NCBI GenBank assembly: GCA_028534125.1 | Contig: CM052816.1 | Location: 66,342,001-66,406,000, forward strand | Length of the DNA stretch: 64,000 nt | Origin: Lama glama | Taxonomy: Eukaryota | Direction of reading: 5' to 3' | Part shown: piece by piece, positions 25,811 to 41,500 of the stretch | Numbering within the stretch: position 1 is the stretch's first letter | Layout: each line of letters begins with the position of its first letter | Notes under the pieces: model-generated | The model's input: only the letters and a program-made list of their open reading frames with translations | The model's database searches: none | Told to the model about the DNA's origin: nothing | Made by a program: the position numbers and the translations under genes

Positions 25811-28769
25811 GTATTAAAGAGAGTAAAGAATTGAAGCTGGCATGTCAAATTCCAATAGAAATTGTCCGTTAAAATACAACTGGATTCCTCAGTAGAATGC
25901 TGTTCCTTATTTCTCCCATCCCCCAGAGAGGAGAAAAAAATAAAGATGTTTGTCCTTCAGAATCACCTGGAATCTACATATTCTCATTTTCTCTCTCCAT
26001 GCCCCCTGACATACAAAGGGAACAGAATTCAAAGACGAAATACACAATTAAATCCTTACCAGGATGATGGCTTGATTATGCTTATGGATTTCTTTAAGGT
26101 CCTCTGCACATTCTTATTTTTGTGATTGTTTGGACCCTCACTGAGACGAGAGGCCTAATGAATAACAAGGGTGTTTCACGGTTAAAGGAGCCATTCCCAC
26201 ATCTCAACTACTGCTCCCTGTAGGGGAGAAGAATCACTGAATGATAAGTATCATGTCCAATGAATGAAGTCTTGAATATACACGGAGAGGCAAAGGGGAA
26301 TGAAACGTGGAAAATAGATGCTAGAGAAACAGGAGTCGCCGAATCATCTCATTAGGTGCTCCATATGGAGACAGGAAGCTCACAGCAGGCGGCTGGTTGT
26401 GCAGCAGACTGGGCAAAGAGAGGATAAAATGATTGGCTCTGGGAGGGGCCCTGGGAAGCCCAGGGAGAAGAGAGTTTACTCTGGAAACGCTTCTTGACTT
26501 GGTCAGAAATTGTACAACTATCAGTAGTGGGTCTAATACATTTATGTGTTTCTTTATAAATAACCTTCATCTTAAATAATTAAAAAAATATAGCGAGATG
26601 ATATTACATCAGAATGAAATACCTAAACATCAAAGGCAACTCTGAATTGTTGAGTACTATTGTATGAGTTGTGAAGTCTGCAGAAAATATCAAGCCCATT
26701 GCCGAGCATTTGGGAAACAGGGCCACTCAGTTTCAGGCCTCGCCCAGCATGGGGCACTTTCACGTGTGGTCTTTGTGACCTCACATTTCTGTACGAGATT
26801 ATCTGGTATCAAACTGCATAAAGCACAAAGCCATCCAGGGCCTCCTAAGATCAATGGTAATTCTACATAAGCCTGCGAGCTAGATCACATAGCTAAGTAG
26901 ATGACAAACCCTGGCTTTTTGCCTACATTTTGGGTTATGTTGAAACCATCAAAAGATGGCTTCAATCCCTATTTAAGCAATTCTCTCTTTTCTGTTCAGT
27001 TCTGATCCAACACCCATGTAGAGCTGAGTCTGGTGCTCGGCTTCATAATTGGAGGGACTGAAATTGGAGGCAAAGGTCAGAGGTCAGCTTACAAAGATGA
27101 TTATGGGGTTAATGAGAGATGTGCCTGTGGGAAACAATTCAAGGAGGATTTATTTAGCCTCAGAAGTCTGAAGAGTGACTTCCAATGAACCTTAAGTATT
27201 TAAACGTCTTTCTGGTGGAGCATGGGAAGTAATTCTTTTCTTTGTATGAATCTTCATTCAAGACAGGACTAAACTTATTGGGGGAAATGGGGCCTGGACG
27301 TTGGCTGCAAGGATTGGGAAAGCTAGAAAGGCAGACGTCCTGTTTTGAGGGCTGGGCTGTGTGAGCTGTAGTCTCTCCTCTGGGGAGGCAGTGGGGCCAG
27401 AGCCAGTAGGGGGAAGAGCCTCTTGGGCACTCAGGCCCCTTTAACATTATTATTACAGACGCTGCTTTTCAAACAGAGAAAACCTGACCACAGAACGAGA
27501 AGAAAACAAAATCCAAAAGAGAAGTCAAATTTGCAGTAAAACATGATACACCCTAAGCCTAGAATAACATCTATAGAATTTATTCAACCTGAATTCTATT
27601 GAGGGGCTAAATCTTCTACAAAGTCAGAAAAAGCAGGAATCATTACACACAAATCAGCCACATTATTTCCAGATCAAATAAAAAAGAACCTGTACTGAAC
27701 TGTGTGAAAGAGGATGCTGAGAGGCAGATTCACACTACGTAGTATATAAAACACTCAAACGTTAGCATTTTAAATTTAGGAAGCAAGATGAGCTAGGCTG
27801 AAGAAAATCATCTATTGATGGGAAATAAAGCAACAGTGTTGCATAAAGCAACACTGAGTTTTGTATTTTTCATAGTAAAAAGTTACCAAAATCACTGCAT
27901 TACAAATAGACCAAATAGACCTAAATCATATGCCAAACAATCTGGCAACCCATAAAAACATTTTTCCCACATTTAAATTTCACGGACAAGATGGCTGCTG
28001 GCATGAGAAGCCTAAAAGGGCATCCTGTTCCAACCATAATTCACATTTCTACGTCCAACGCAAAAAGTTCCTTTATGGCTTGTGTGCCAGACAAATATAT
28101 TTTTCTTACCATGTCAACAGATTCTGCTGCTTGAATAGTTTGACAGAGTCAGAGAGCAGAAGCACTGACATCTACCCGTCCTTCTCCTACAGGAAAGAAA
28201 GAAACTTCTTTCCTGTACCCAGCTGGAGTATGCCAGACCTGAGGATCACGCTGTGCTAATAAGGTCAGGGTCTGATCCCAGTGTGTTCTCCATTCTGCCC
28301 GACTACATGCACAACCTGGCAAGTTATTTCACAAATGTGAGAGTCAGGCAGACAGGCGGGTAGGCAAGGGTATAAGGCTGGACTTGCACAGATCCATTAT
28401 CCTACATTAAAAGGCCAATGGATGATTCTTCATACCTACCCAAAGACAACTGTAAGCTGCTGCTGCAGAACTTGACAACATGGGTCAGAATTTCTCCCCT
28501 TTTAGAGCGAATAGCAAAAATCCTGATGTAGCCCAGGGTTGGAGTGGGAGGACCAATAACAGTGGAGCATTATCTCTCATCTTCAGGGAAGTTTCAGGAG
28601 ACTTATTCCTTCTCTTTGGCTTATTTAAAAATTACATTTGGTGATTTAACACAGTGCCACACCCTCAGAAGTTCTGCATTAAGTAGATCTGGCAGTGGGC
28701 TGGGTGCTCTCCTAGCACCTTTGCTCATTCTGATGCTGGTGGTTTGACAAACGCTGAATGATTGAGGAG

Positions 28770-29000
28770 CAGGGACTCTGGGGTTAGGTGATATGCTCTC
28801 ATTGTGGATCCATCACTTACTAGTTGTGTGACCTTAGAAAAATCAACTAATCTCTCTATACCTCAGTTTCCTCAGTTATAAAATGGGGATCATGATAGAT
28901 TATCTCTCAAGGTTGTTATGAAGATTAAATGAGTTAACACAGGCACTCTGTTTAGCATAGGAGCTCAGACTAGGAAGTGAGCAATACGTGTCAGGTATTA
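28770..29000 (+). mobile_element. MIR SINE
   Basis: MIR core: cacttactagttgtgtgaccttag...cctcagtttcctcagttataaaatggggat...aggttgttatgaagattaaatgag. Confidence 0.85.
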
Positions 29001-31894
29001 TAACCCCCAGAGGCTCTTCCAATTTTTAAATTGTCTTCTTTATGTGCAATTCTTATATATTGCTATGTTTCATGTTTACAGTTTTGGTTTCTTAAGTCAT
29101 TGTAGAATATAAATAACATATATGCCATATATTATGTGGATAATATTATATACATATATATTATTAGTGTGATAGATCTAATTTTGGATGTAATTTTTTT
29201 CAAATGTGTGACTACAAACCACTGTTAATCATTCTTATTTAAATGACATAGTGAGCGGCCAACGAGTAAATATGTCTTATACATTGTCATTCTTTGCTAA
29301 AATATGATTTTTTCTCAAATGGAAATGTAATTACTACTACAGTCTTCCAATTTGTTTGAAGTGAACAAGTAAAAATCTCTGAGCTTTGAAGATCTATTTC
29401 AATATGAAGTGTCCAAGGCCATTAAAAATCAAATAGAGACAAGCAAATAAAAATTGGAGACTGCCACAGAAAGAAAAGCAAACAAATAATGACCAAAATG
29501 TCACACGGGCCTTTATCCAAGCTGGTTTTTGCAAAGGTGTGAATACCCTTGACCTCAATGGTAAAACTGATTGGAGATGTTATAGCTTTTGATCAAAATA
29601 GAGAAACTGATGAATAAAGAAATGGGTTGCCTCAAGAACTGGTGAGCACTGGACAGCAATGTTAAGGATGCTATAGAAGAGAGTTCTGCATTCTCTAAGG
29701 CGCCAGACTACCCAACCACAAGATTCCAAAAGGAAAACTATAGAATCTGTCAACGTTGTGACAATTGGGTATCAGATGTTTCATGTTTTTGGTAACTACA
29801 AAGAAGTAGAGAAGCTTCTAAATATCTGTGGAAAGACAGCAGCTCAGATGTTGAACATACTTTATTTTAGCTTTTGATAGAAATTCCTAAGCAGAGATGC
29901 TCTAAAACCAAACAATCTATAAGTAGGTATGTCCCTATTATGTTACAAATCTACTTTTTCTTCTAATAACTCTTTTTGATGATTGATTTTCTGCTTTTCT
30001 TATCATACAAGTTTCAATGATTCAATAAGGGAGATGAGCCCCTTATCCGTAATTAAAGGTAAAAACTTGGGGTAGATGCCCAAAGCAAAAGGTAAAAAAT
30101 ACGTTTATGTTTATAAGGTGCTCAAACTCTCTCCTTCCGAGACCACTGTCCCACAACTTGTAGCTGGAAGTGACTGATCTCTCTTCTTAGTGAGTAAGAG
30201 GGTAAAGCTTATCATTCAATGTGGGCACAATAAGCTACTTCTTAGGCAAAAAAAAAAAAAAAGTTTCTATTCTTGGTATTTCCTCATTACTAGATCACTC
30301 AGTGGTTGCTGGCACTAGAGTAATTTGTACTTTTTAAAAAGTGTCCCAACTATTTCCCTAAACCATCAGAGAGACATTGTAAGAGATAAAAAAAATCATA
30401 ATTTTATATTCCAACAATGTACTATCCAGCATCTCCTGTGATTAAATGAACTACAAGGTGACTATGAGCAATGTGAAAATAGGAGGAGGTGGACTAGCCA
30501 ATGAAAAACCAAATGCAGCCTAATCTCCTGATCTTAGGAAGATGGATACTTCAGGCATAAGCACATTAATATGTAAGATTTAATTTGCTCCATTTCCAGA
30601 AACAAGTTAAATTAGGTTAAGAACCAGAGGGCCTCTTTCCAAAGAGAGAGGAAGAGAGGGAGGATGGAAAGACGGAATCAGGGCAAGTGGGGAGAGGGGG
30701 ACAAAAGTGCTTGGGAACAAGTTATTTTATTCAAGGGGCCTTTTCAATAGTAAGTTTGGGTGTCATCTAGCTCTACTCCACAAATCCAGTTCCAAGAGAC
30801 TTATACTCCCTCCAAAACAAGACTTCTCTTTAACTTTATAATATTCACTGGAACATAAATTTGTTTTATCTTGGATTCTGAATTCAACTACCTCTTGTCT
30901 CCTTTCCTAATAAATAACAAATCCAAATGTTACAATGTCAAACTCATCATTCAAATTTTTCAAGAGTTTATAAAAGAAAGCCATCTCTTTGTAGATTTCC
31001 AGTAACTCCATCCAACATGATACTGCAAAACTCCTGATCATAAGACAGAAAAATCAAGTTCACATTTGGACCAGATACTTATCTCCAAGTGCTGAAATAA
31101 AATTCATTTAAAAAAAAATAGAATTCACTTTTGAGAAGCTATTTTCTTTCTGAAGGTCAAGGTTGCTTTGCCTATTTACAAAATGAGAACTGAAAAAATA
31201 CCCTATGTGATGTACAGTTATTTCATTAGTTAGTTATTTATCTAAAAGTACTTTGAGAGTAGAGATTTCCTGAAGGAATATCTTTCTAACATATAACATG
31301 ATGTCATAAATAACCAGATGGTTAGAAAAGATGATTAAAAATGGAGGGGAAAAAAGCAAAGGATCACAGTGACTGTCAAAAATAATAAATTATGTTCTCC
31401 TTTGCATGGATGAAATTGGTTCTGAATATAACATTGCACTGTCACTAGCTTTGGACCTACCATCCATGAAACAGAGCAAAAAGAAATACATACTGTTAGC
31501 TACTTGCCTGAAATTCTCTCTAATTTGGTAACATGGGCTTCTTATGGTTTTAGTTAATGGTGAGCACAGTGGTGTCCAACAGACCAACCTTTCTGGTACT
31601 AAGCAAGAGTTTATGAGCAAGGGGACCACTAGTCTGAATTCAAACCGGAGCTAAATGTCCAACTAGAGAGTGACTGAAGGTTACAGCAATGAAAAAGAGG
31701 AAGGGCTAGCTCCCCTTTAGACTTCTGAAAATACAAGAAACAAAATAACTCAGACAAAATAAAAGCCATTTTATCTATTCATTATGTCCTTTTTTTTTAA
31801 CTACAGTTCTGGAATGCAATCGAATTTCAGCATCAGAAACATTCAGCACCGTTCATTTATATAGCATTTTCATTTGTTTTGTTTTTGTTTTTGT

Positions 31895-32128
31895 TTTTTA
31901 TCTAGTCTGTTAGCAAGTTTAATGCTTTTAACAAACATTGTTGTCTATAATCACTGTACTGTGCATTAGATTTCCAGGACTTATTTATCTACTAGTTTCA
32001 AGTTTACACCCTTAAACAACTTCTCTCATATCCACCCCTTTCCCCCAGCCCCCAGTAACCACTACTTCATTCCGTTTTTATGACTTTGGCTGTTTTAGAT
32101 TCCACATGTAAAAGTTATCATACAGTAT
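31895..32128 (-). mobile_element. L1MA-like 3' UTR fragment
   Basis: Diagnostic sequence: cactgtactgtgcattagatttccaggacttatt...cccagcccccagtaaccact...ttttagattccacatgtaa...atcatacagtat. Confidence 0.75.
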
Positions 32129-35100
32129 CTAGACAGAACTGTTTTTGTGTATGTTATAAGATTCTCAGTGCTTTCTAGAATTCTGTGTTTGAGATTATAT
32201 TCAGCTGTTTAGATTACTTTTTGCCTCACTAAATAAGGAGGATTTTTTCCTTTTCTGGAAATAGAGATATCTATGCAGTTTATTCTCTCAGAGTCCTTTA
32301 ATTTGGAGCTCTCGCTGCCTCCTCTTATCACAGTACACCAGCAGGCAAACAGAAGAATCATGGACCACAAATTACATGTAAACTCCAGCAGTTTGCAGTT
32401 AACAAAGGAGATTTCATGGCTCTGCAGTTTTCATAATTACATTAAAGCCAGGCCATGTTTCTCTTTAAACACCAAAATGTGTTTTTATAAAGAAATTGGC
32501 TTCAGGATTTGTCATTAGAAAGTAAGTAAGCAAGGTCTAAAATAGCATTTACTGTGATGAAACAGTGGCTCGAAATAAATAATCCAGCAGCTGTAAAAAA
32601 GCACACTCCAGCCTGAAGAAGGGAAGGGCTTCGGACTTGGAGTCAGATGTTGTTTCTGGGTAACAGGTTCAGTCATTCTATTTCACAAGCTGGCTCTGAG
32701 ACTTTGGGAAGGTCTCTTCACCTTTTGAGTTTCCTTATTTGTGTAGGGATGTGACTGAATTACATAGTTTTTAAGGTCTCTTTCAATCCTAAGGACTCTT
32801 ATGGTTAACCCTTTTTAAAGGAATCTAATGCACAATCATTCCAAATAAAAACTTCTTTTGCCCTCAGAAATAGGATTATAAAAGAATAAATTTGATGTTA
32901 TTTGTCAGGGAAATTCAGATTTGGCTGCCACATGCAATTTCTAAATCATCCTTTTCTTCTTTTATTAAAAGTTCTTTACATTCCTCTTCCTCATGGAAGT
33001 CACTTTTAATTACCATATACCCTGAGTATTAGCTAACTCAACATATAGGTTGTCCTGGATTTTTCTGTCAAAAAGTTCTGATTCAAACCCATACTTACTA
33101 TCCAGGTCAAAGCCAAGTCTATTCTTAGCAGGTTACACAATTCTATAGTAGTATCCTAGTTTTGTTTAATAAAGCATATAGATGTAGATACTAAAAAAAG
33201 ATTCACTGAAAATGTATAAATATTAGTGGTTATTTTCTGTGTAGCCTTCTGTACTGTAAACTTTCTTAAATTTTCTTACAAAGGCTATTATATGTTTTAT
33301 AATCTTTCTTTCGAAAGAAACAAAGAAAAGAAAAAAAGGAAGAAGGAGGGAGGGAAGGAGGGAGATGGAAGAAAGAGAAGAATGAGGAAGTGAAGAGTAG
33401 AGGAGATGGTACATGTGTGCAGGAGAAAGAAAGAGAGAGGGGGAGAGAGGGAGAGGCTGAAATTGAGAAAAAGAGAGATACAACCTGGCAAGTGCAGTAA
33501 GAGAGACAAGATGGGAGTCTGGAACACACAGGTGTATAGTTGTAATAGGTGTGGTCACCTAACTGCTTGGAGGAAATCAAGGAAGGGTTCCTAAAGGAGT
33601 TAATGCTTTGAGCCAAGTCTGTCAACAGATAATGATACATAAGCTTTGAACGAAGAAGGATGGCCTCAAGTGCACAGGATTATGGGAGGAAATGACCTGA
33701 CTGGGATCTACAAATGGTTTGCATGAACACAGCACACGGCCTGTGTGGAAGTGACATTCAAACTGTGGCTTGCTACTCACTAGTGGGCCAGAAAGTCAGT
33801 GCAGTGGGTCTTGGACAGCATTTTAAAAATTCATAGAATATAACCGTAAACATCAGAACATCATACACAATAAATGTCTTAGTGCATAATCTTTTACATC
33901 ATGATCCATGTAAACAGAATCATGATGCAAAATGCATTTTTCACTGTGGACTGTGGTCAGAAAAGTTCTGAAGCTACTCCTGAGACCTGGGAAGTCATGA
34001 GTACCCCGTGCAGGACAACAACAGTGCTTCATACTTTGCTACACATCATCATTACTCTTTTGTAAAATTTTTAATATGATTAGTTTACACATAAATATTA
34101 TATAATTACACATAATGTAATATAACATTATTTTATATAAAATAAATTATATAATACAGAAATATGTATCTACAGACATTCTTATCTATTCCAGTTGGCT
34201 AGGAAATCAACTTGATATAGCAAAATATTTCAAAATCATGCCACTGAGGAAAGGTTAAGAGAACTTAGTTTGGTGAGCCTAGCAAAATGAAAAGCACTTT
34301 GTAATTATATACATCATCTTACTTCATCTTAGACCGACTTTGTGAAGGGATGCACAATAAATGCCAAGCCTGCTTTGCAGATAAGCAAGTTGGGGCTCAG
34401 AGAGTTGGGGGGACATTCTCAAGGTTACCCAGTGGACCACCAAGTTAATTCTCTGTTCCCAAAGTCCTCTGAATAGGTTACAATCCATTCATAGAATTAA
34501 CTTCTCTCACACATACAAATGCATTATTTTGCTTCCCTCCATCCTCCATATCACAGAAGATAAAAATGTAGAAAATTGGAATGTTTTGGATTTTAATATT
34601 GGAAGTTTTAGAAAACCAAATTATATGAAATACATGTAAAGTCACTGCTGTTGTCTTCCAGAGTATATCCATTAAATTAAAAAAAGATATTGATAAAACA
34701 TGTCTATGCACTGTATTGACTCAAGGGATAAAAACAAAGATGAATAGAAGAGGCCCTTCTTTCAAGGAGCTTATGGTGTAGCTGGGGAGATGGGGTGTGA
34801 TCACATTCAGGAAAGCCTCCAGATGCCTGTGACCCCAGCTTCTCATCAAGAAGCCCTGACCTGTGTATCACTTGGAGCGGCCATGCCATCAGGCAAACAT
34901 TTACTGAGCCCTCCATGTTGGCTGGGTTGGCACTGTTACAGGGACATGTATGACAGGACCCCACACTCCAGGGCTTAGCATCTAATGGAGGAATTCCTGG
35001 AGCACTTAATGGTAGATCGTGTAGACTAGCTTTTGCTAAGTAGCAGTTTTCAGGATTCCCCTCTCAATTTCTTAGTCCCACTGCTTAGCTGAATTAACAT

Positions 35101-36889
35101 CTATTTTAATCAAAAACAGTGAACACAATATGGTGGGCTTTTAGTAAATTTGAGTGAAAAGGAGAAAAACTTGATGGCCTATATTAAGCAAGATGTACTC
35201 TCCACTCTCTCTCAGTTTGAAACCAAAAATGTTCATTCCCAATTGACATAAAAATTTTAACTCCTGGCCCAGGTAGACTGCATGATTTTAAGAAATTATA
35301 TTTTGAGTTTAAAGGGGCTATAAAAGGACAGGTGATTTAAGTAATCACAACCATTGTCTGAGTACTTTATTTGGAGGAAAGTAGTTGAAAAAGGAGTAGA
35401 AATGGAAAAGTAATGCAGAAAAGTTGGTTCAAGGAGAGCCTCATCAAACACATGGTGAAAATAAGAGGATGGCCTATGGGGGGTTGTTTATGCTTACTTA
35501 CATCTGAATAGAATGACACTGTCACCTCGCTATTTACGATAAAAATGACACATGTGCGTCAAATCTCAAGAACAAATGTAACGTGTTCTGTTTCCCTGCT
35601 TCAATTTCATGAATCTCCCTGGCAGTTGGCTAATCTTTATACTTAACATCAAAATGAAATCTCAGCTACTAGCAAAAGGTATCATTACCGGGGCTTACTA
35701 TTCATTTACAAATATGAGATCAGCCTAGTCTTTTTTATCCCTGAATATTATTTTCTTATGAGCAAATATATGTATTTTTATTTCTGGTAAATGATACATC
35801 AATTCATCATTTTTTGAAGAATGCATTATCTAAAACATTTAAACACCCATTGAGTATTCTCCTAGCTAAACTTTGAGTTTATAAAACTTTGCAATAAAGA
35901 GGCAACTAATCTTTATTCTGGGATGTATTCAAATTATATATACAATCTTGTTCTCTCATTTCTATATTACACATACTTTGAGTATCTAAGTATCCAACCA
36001 TGTGGAACTATTGCGACGCCAGATGCAACACATGAGTAAAAATACATGGTCATTGTGCTGCAGGCCTATTTGTCCTTGAGTGTTCTGACCTTGAAGAAAA
36101 AGCATCACTTTATTACTTTAGCTGAAGTCTAGACTGTGATTCCCCTAGTCCAAAATGTGCCTGGATCCATCAATCTTCAGAACACAATCACATTTTGTGA
36201 AAAGAAGAGTGGAATGATTCATTTATGCTTAAAGTACAAGGAGACCAGTTCCACACACTAATCAAATCATGGTGTAAACGGGATTTATCTGATGTATTTT
36301 TTTCAGTGACATCATAGGTAAGCAAAAAATAGATAAAATCTCATCTAAAACTACATTATGCAAAACATATGTATATATACATTTTTAAAAAATCAAACAC
36401 CCACTTAGTGTTCACTGAGTGTCTGGGTGTGTGTGTCTAGGCCCAATGAACAATGAAGGAAGCATAAGCCATGATCCTCGTATATCAAGAAGCTTTCATT
36501 TCTCTGAGAAGACATTTTGTACCAAGACAGCTCCTCCTGAATGCCAGTCAAGATCTCTTAGACAGTCCACTCTGTCTGGTAATTATCCCTAATTTCCCCC
36601 TCCAGCTCGACCTTTTAATCAGTGCATTTACAGACTGCAGAAGTGTTTTGGCCAGTTTCGCCCCTACACCTACGTCAATGCGGAGCTTCTGCAGACAGCG
36701 AACAAACACAAACATCCCTTCCTCTCTTCTTTGCTTCTTTCCTCGGCTTCCCACATCCTGTGGACTCTGCCAGTACTCATCAAGCAGACGCCTCATCTAT
36801 GTGTCCCTAATACTCTCTGATTGTTGAAGCTCTTCTCTGTTTGGAGGAAGAAACCTCAGTGCATTTATGAAAAAACATAGACCCTATGC

Positions 36890-37475
36890 CACTACACACT
36901 CACCCACCGCAGACAATCTTCTAAAATGTAAAGCTCTCCAGCACCTTCCCGCTGCACTTGACATACAACCCAGACTCTCTAGCATGATCTGTAAGAACCT
37001 ATGTATACTGTTTCTTATCTACCCTTCCTTCTGTCCTTCCCCTCCCTCCGTCACTCCTGCCACACTGACTTTCTTCTCTCTCCTTGAACAACCCAGCCTT
37101 GTCTTGAGCAGAGCTCCAGGTCAGCTCTTTCGGTTTTGTATGCCTGACACTCTCTTCTTCCAGAACCTCACAGCTGGTTCCTCCTCACAGTTTAGATTCC
37201 ACCTTATACCCCTCCTCAAAGATAACCTGTCTAAAGCGAACACCCATTCCCTCCCTGAGCCCACACTATCGTGGTGCCCTGATTCATAGTACTATCTGAA
37301 TTGGTGTATTTATTTACTTCCGAGGAATGATCTGTCTCTCTGCTAGAAGGCAAATTTAAGGAAAGCAAGTACTCTGTTTGTCCTGTGAACCACTATCTCC
37401 CCTTTTCATACACAGAAGAGTGCCTGGCACATAGAAGGTGCTCAGGAAATACTTGTAAATGATTGAATGAATGAG
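36890..37475 (+). mobile_element. L2 3' end
   Basis: A pyrimidine-rich body ends in gtgcctggcacatagaaggtgctcaggaaatacttgtaaatgattgaatgaatga, the L2 terminus. Confidence 0.8.
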
Positions 37476-38339
37476 CTGGAACCTCCTGCTGGAGCTACAG
37501 GAACTGTAGAAAAATCCACTCAGAGTCAACAGCATAGGGCAGGGAAGGGGAGAGGAAATGGATGGGGCTGCGTGACTATCCAGTTTCCTGGGGTAGTGTC
37601 GGGGAAGGATAAATTGTAAGAAATGAAATGTGATACATCTGTGAAAAGTAAAAGAATAAGGCACATAAATATTAAGCCCTAACTCATAGTTCTATTGGCT
37701 TTGAACAGTATAAAGATTACAGTTACTTTATAAAATAAAAAGTAAAAACTTATCATCACTTCACTTAGTAACCTGTGTCCCAAACACTTCACCAATTATT
37801 TTGAACATGCCAGTCTACTCTCCACAAACATATCAGCTGTGGTAGCCACTTAAAGTGTGCCAAGGGAATACAAGGAGACAGGAGCACCATTCTCCTTAAG
37901 GAATAATTTTGCATCTGCTGCATCACACAGATAAACAGGTGATCAAAGTTTTATCTTCACCATGAGGCTACATAGCTAGATTGATTTTATCTGCTCACAT
38001 AACACAAACTGTAGACCAGCTATAACCACATAATCAGAAAGTCACCTGAGCCATGAAATATTTCTTCTTTAATAAAACATCTCTGAAAATATCTTGAGCA
38101 GCATTACTTCGTGGAGTGCCCTCTAAATTAACTGGTCATGAAATAGACACCTATGTAACTGAAAGATGCAAGCTGCCAAAAGATCTCAACCCAAAGCTGG
38201 TTAAACGGTAGGAACTGATTACCAAAACTACATTTAGTTTTAGATGTCTGTTGTGGAATATTATCTTGGCACTGGGGAGCAGGATAAGTTGTTCATATCA
38301 AATCTGTGTTCAGAAAATGCTATTATCTTCATATGAGAG

Positions 38340-38595
38340 GTAGTATACAGTAATGATTGGGAATTCAGGTTCTGGAGGCAGACTTTTTAACTTGAATTCT
38401 GTTCTAACCTCATAGTAGCCATGTTACCTTGGACACATTACATCAGTATTTCTGAGCTTCAGTTTTCTTATTTGTAAAAATAGGACCAAAAATAGCCTCA
38501 GTGCCACTCAGCTTCTGTGGGGATTAAATGAGAATAAACTACATAGAATGCTTAGCATAATGCCTGGCACACAGAAAAAGGTCAGTAAAAGTCAG
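38340..38595 (+). mobile_element. MIR SINE
   Basis: MIR core: tctgagcttcagttttcttatttgtaaaa...gtggggattaaatgagaataa...atgcttagcataatgcctggcacacag. Confidence 0.8.
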
Positions 38596-41500
38596 CTGTC
38601 TCTATTCCCTATGGTGGAGGACATGTATCCAGCTTAACAAGGAGGACTAACAAACTATTAACATAAAAATTAAAGGGAGATGAAACCAAATCAAATATAT
38701 GTTTGACTTCATTGAAATCACTACTGGATTCATTGAGAGACCACTTTTACCAATTTTCTGAGTGGTATGAAGTTATCCTCATTAACAACCAAAGATGCAC
38801 AAGATATTCAGAGAGCTCCATCTATAATCAATTCCTGTCCACAGAATCAAAGTTCAAAGAAATATCAATAAAACACTCAAGGAAATTAAAATGGATTGCA
38901 AAATGATTTAAAAAAAAAAGAAGAAGAAGATTTCCTTATCTTCCTATTGAACTTTTGGCCTGGGAAGACAGTAGAATTGACATGTTCTTATGAGAGTTGA
39001 GAAGCTAACTCTTTCGTGTAGAGCAGTACATTAGTTAAGGGCTTTATAATTTAGTGGCATAAAAAGGTTGCCTTTAAAAATGGAATAGACTACATTCTGA
39101 ATACAATTAAATAAGACCATGCCTATAGACTTGATAGACGTAAACACACTGCCAAATATTGATGCCTGCAATTTAGAGTTGTCCTTGACCTATTCTGGGT
39201 ATTGGAAATCCTTCTGTTTACCTTAAAGAGAAAGGCAGGGGAGGTAGGGTTGTTTCATGGTACACATGGCTGCCATAAAAAAATACGCTGATGGGTAAAA
39301 ACCTTCAGCTAGCCAGGCTCAAAGCTATAAGGGGCATCTTAAGTTTAAAAGAGGAAGTAAATGAGGAAGCGTCAACAAAATTGTTAACATTTTTAAATGG
39401 GATTCCTTCCTTACAGGAGCTCTGCAGAGACTATGAGAATGCACGGCTCCAGAGTCACAGAAAATTCCAGCTTCTACCAGAGAGCAAACAGGTTATTAAA
39501 AATCCATAGTTCTTGGCACCAAGAAAAAAGGATTGGGGGCATTGCTATAGAAACAGACACTCTGGCCTTTGCAAAACATTTGCAAGAATTAATTAAAATA
39601 GTTGACATGTTGGGAATAGCATATTCAATCAAAGTGTCAAAGATGGTTGATAGGTGAGGAAAGGTGAAATAAACAGAGATTTCAGCAGAACAGAACCTTA
39701 TCAATTCCATCCAGAATCTTAGATTAGAAATGTTTTCAATAGTAAAAGTCTAACTCAAGAATATAAAACAATATATTAGTGACTAGAATGGATACCAGTA
39801 CATCTAAATGCCCTGCCATGTTCTTTCTTAAGTATATTTTGAATTTACCTTAATTTAGCTGCACTAACATTTGGATTAGAGTCATTATACTAAGCATAAT
39901 ACATGCCTTATTGTCTATAGCTAGATTAGGTCTTCTTATTTTTTTGCCCTATATCTCAATTTATGGCACATTCATAGAGACCAGGAGTTACTAGGCAGAG
40001 TTTCCTAACATTCACATACTTAATATTTCCTAAATGCAGGAAAAAACTCTTAACTGCTTCACCAAGCATATTATTACTGAAATGTTTACTGAGTTTTATT
40101 TACCTGCAATTACTTTCGTTGTTGCTGTTGTTTTAGTACTGAGTTAGTTAACTTCACTTTTAGTAGGACTCTAGCTAATTCATATCTGAAAAGAAAGTGT
40201 CAAGGAAGAAATCAACTTAAATGAAACTACCCTCCAGCTGTCTACCATACACCAGCACTAGAAATAGAAAACAGAACTTGATTTTAAAGTGAGTTCTGGC
40301 ATGGTTCCCTCTCTTCTAACTAGCATAAAATATGATTTGAGGAGTGACTGCACATTTTGCAAAGACAGCAGGTTATTTGGGGATTGAGTGGGTGGACAAA
40401 ATGAACCGCAGTCATTTCCAGAGGGGCTTCAGCTCCTGAAGGTTGACAGAATTATCCTGTTCCCAATAAACCACGAACAGAAACAAAGATGTCTATGTTG
40501 TCATTATTATTCACTGGGGAGCTGGGCGGTTGAGGTTGTTAGCGACTGAAAAAAGGGCACTTGTTGAAATCACTTGCAGATTTAAAACTTAAGGATTTTT
40601 TTTAAACTCTAAGAGTTATTGGGCTTAAATCAAGTTGGAAGATCTTGTTAAATAGGTTAAAGCTTCTACTGTCCTCCAATTGACTCTTTTAGGACTAGGT
40701 ACCCAGATTGGACAACTGGATGGGTCAAGAGTTGACCCTGTTATTTACACATTTATTTCAAGATGAAAAGCACTGATTAAGAGTCTATCCTCTCCTCCCC
40801 ACTTGAACAGGAACGCCGGTCCTAAGAAATTTGTATTTATGTGTGCACACATGTGTGTAGGCGTGTGTGTGAGAGAGAGAATCAGAGACGCGTAGAACAA
40901 AGAAAAGAGGAACACCAACTGTGATAGAACTCCCAGGTCATAATAGGATTAATTGTTGATATTTTTGTTAATTGGACTTAAAAAGGAAGACATTTAGGGA
41001 CAGCTGTAGGTGATTACTATACTGTTGTTTGAGTGTTTGTCTTGGATATTGTGTATACAATACACGTGTAATTTACATATAATAGAAAAATTAGAGGATT
41101 TGGGCAATTTAATTTTTTCAGTTTTAATTATACAAATAATTGGCTCAGTTTCCCCTATATCTTTCACATCTAGATAAAAATCCTAGTGAATAAGTAGTTA
41201 AGATTAATTCCTTTAAGCAGAAATAACCTAGTGTCGTACCCAACTTTAGAGCGAAGGAAGAAATGACATTTAATTCTGTTCAAGCAACATTCATTGATAA
41301 CCTACAACTTGTCAAGCACCTCATTAAGTCCAGAGGATAGAGAGATGCATACAATTCACCCCTGCCTTGATGGAATTCATAGATGAGGGGCTACAGGGAG
41401 AGCTGGACCAATTCCCTGAATGAGACAGGGAATCAAATTATCTGACAGGAAGCTGGTAGAAGCTGATTCCATCTTCTTCCCTGTCCTTGTCCTCATAAGC

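Noticed and set aside
33223..33640. Overlapping ORFs in three minus-strand frames
   Set aside because: They result from a low-complexity GA-rich tract that lacks stop codons on the opposite strand.
36471..37664. Cluster of 100-140 aa ORFs
   Set aside because: They largely overlap a pyrimidine-rich L2, and the L/S/P-rich translations are typical of chance ORFs.
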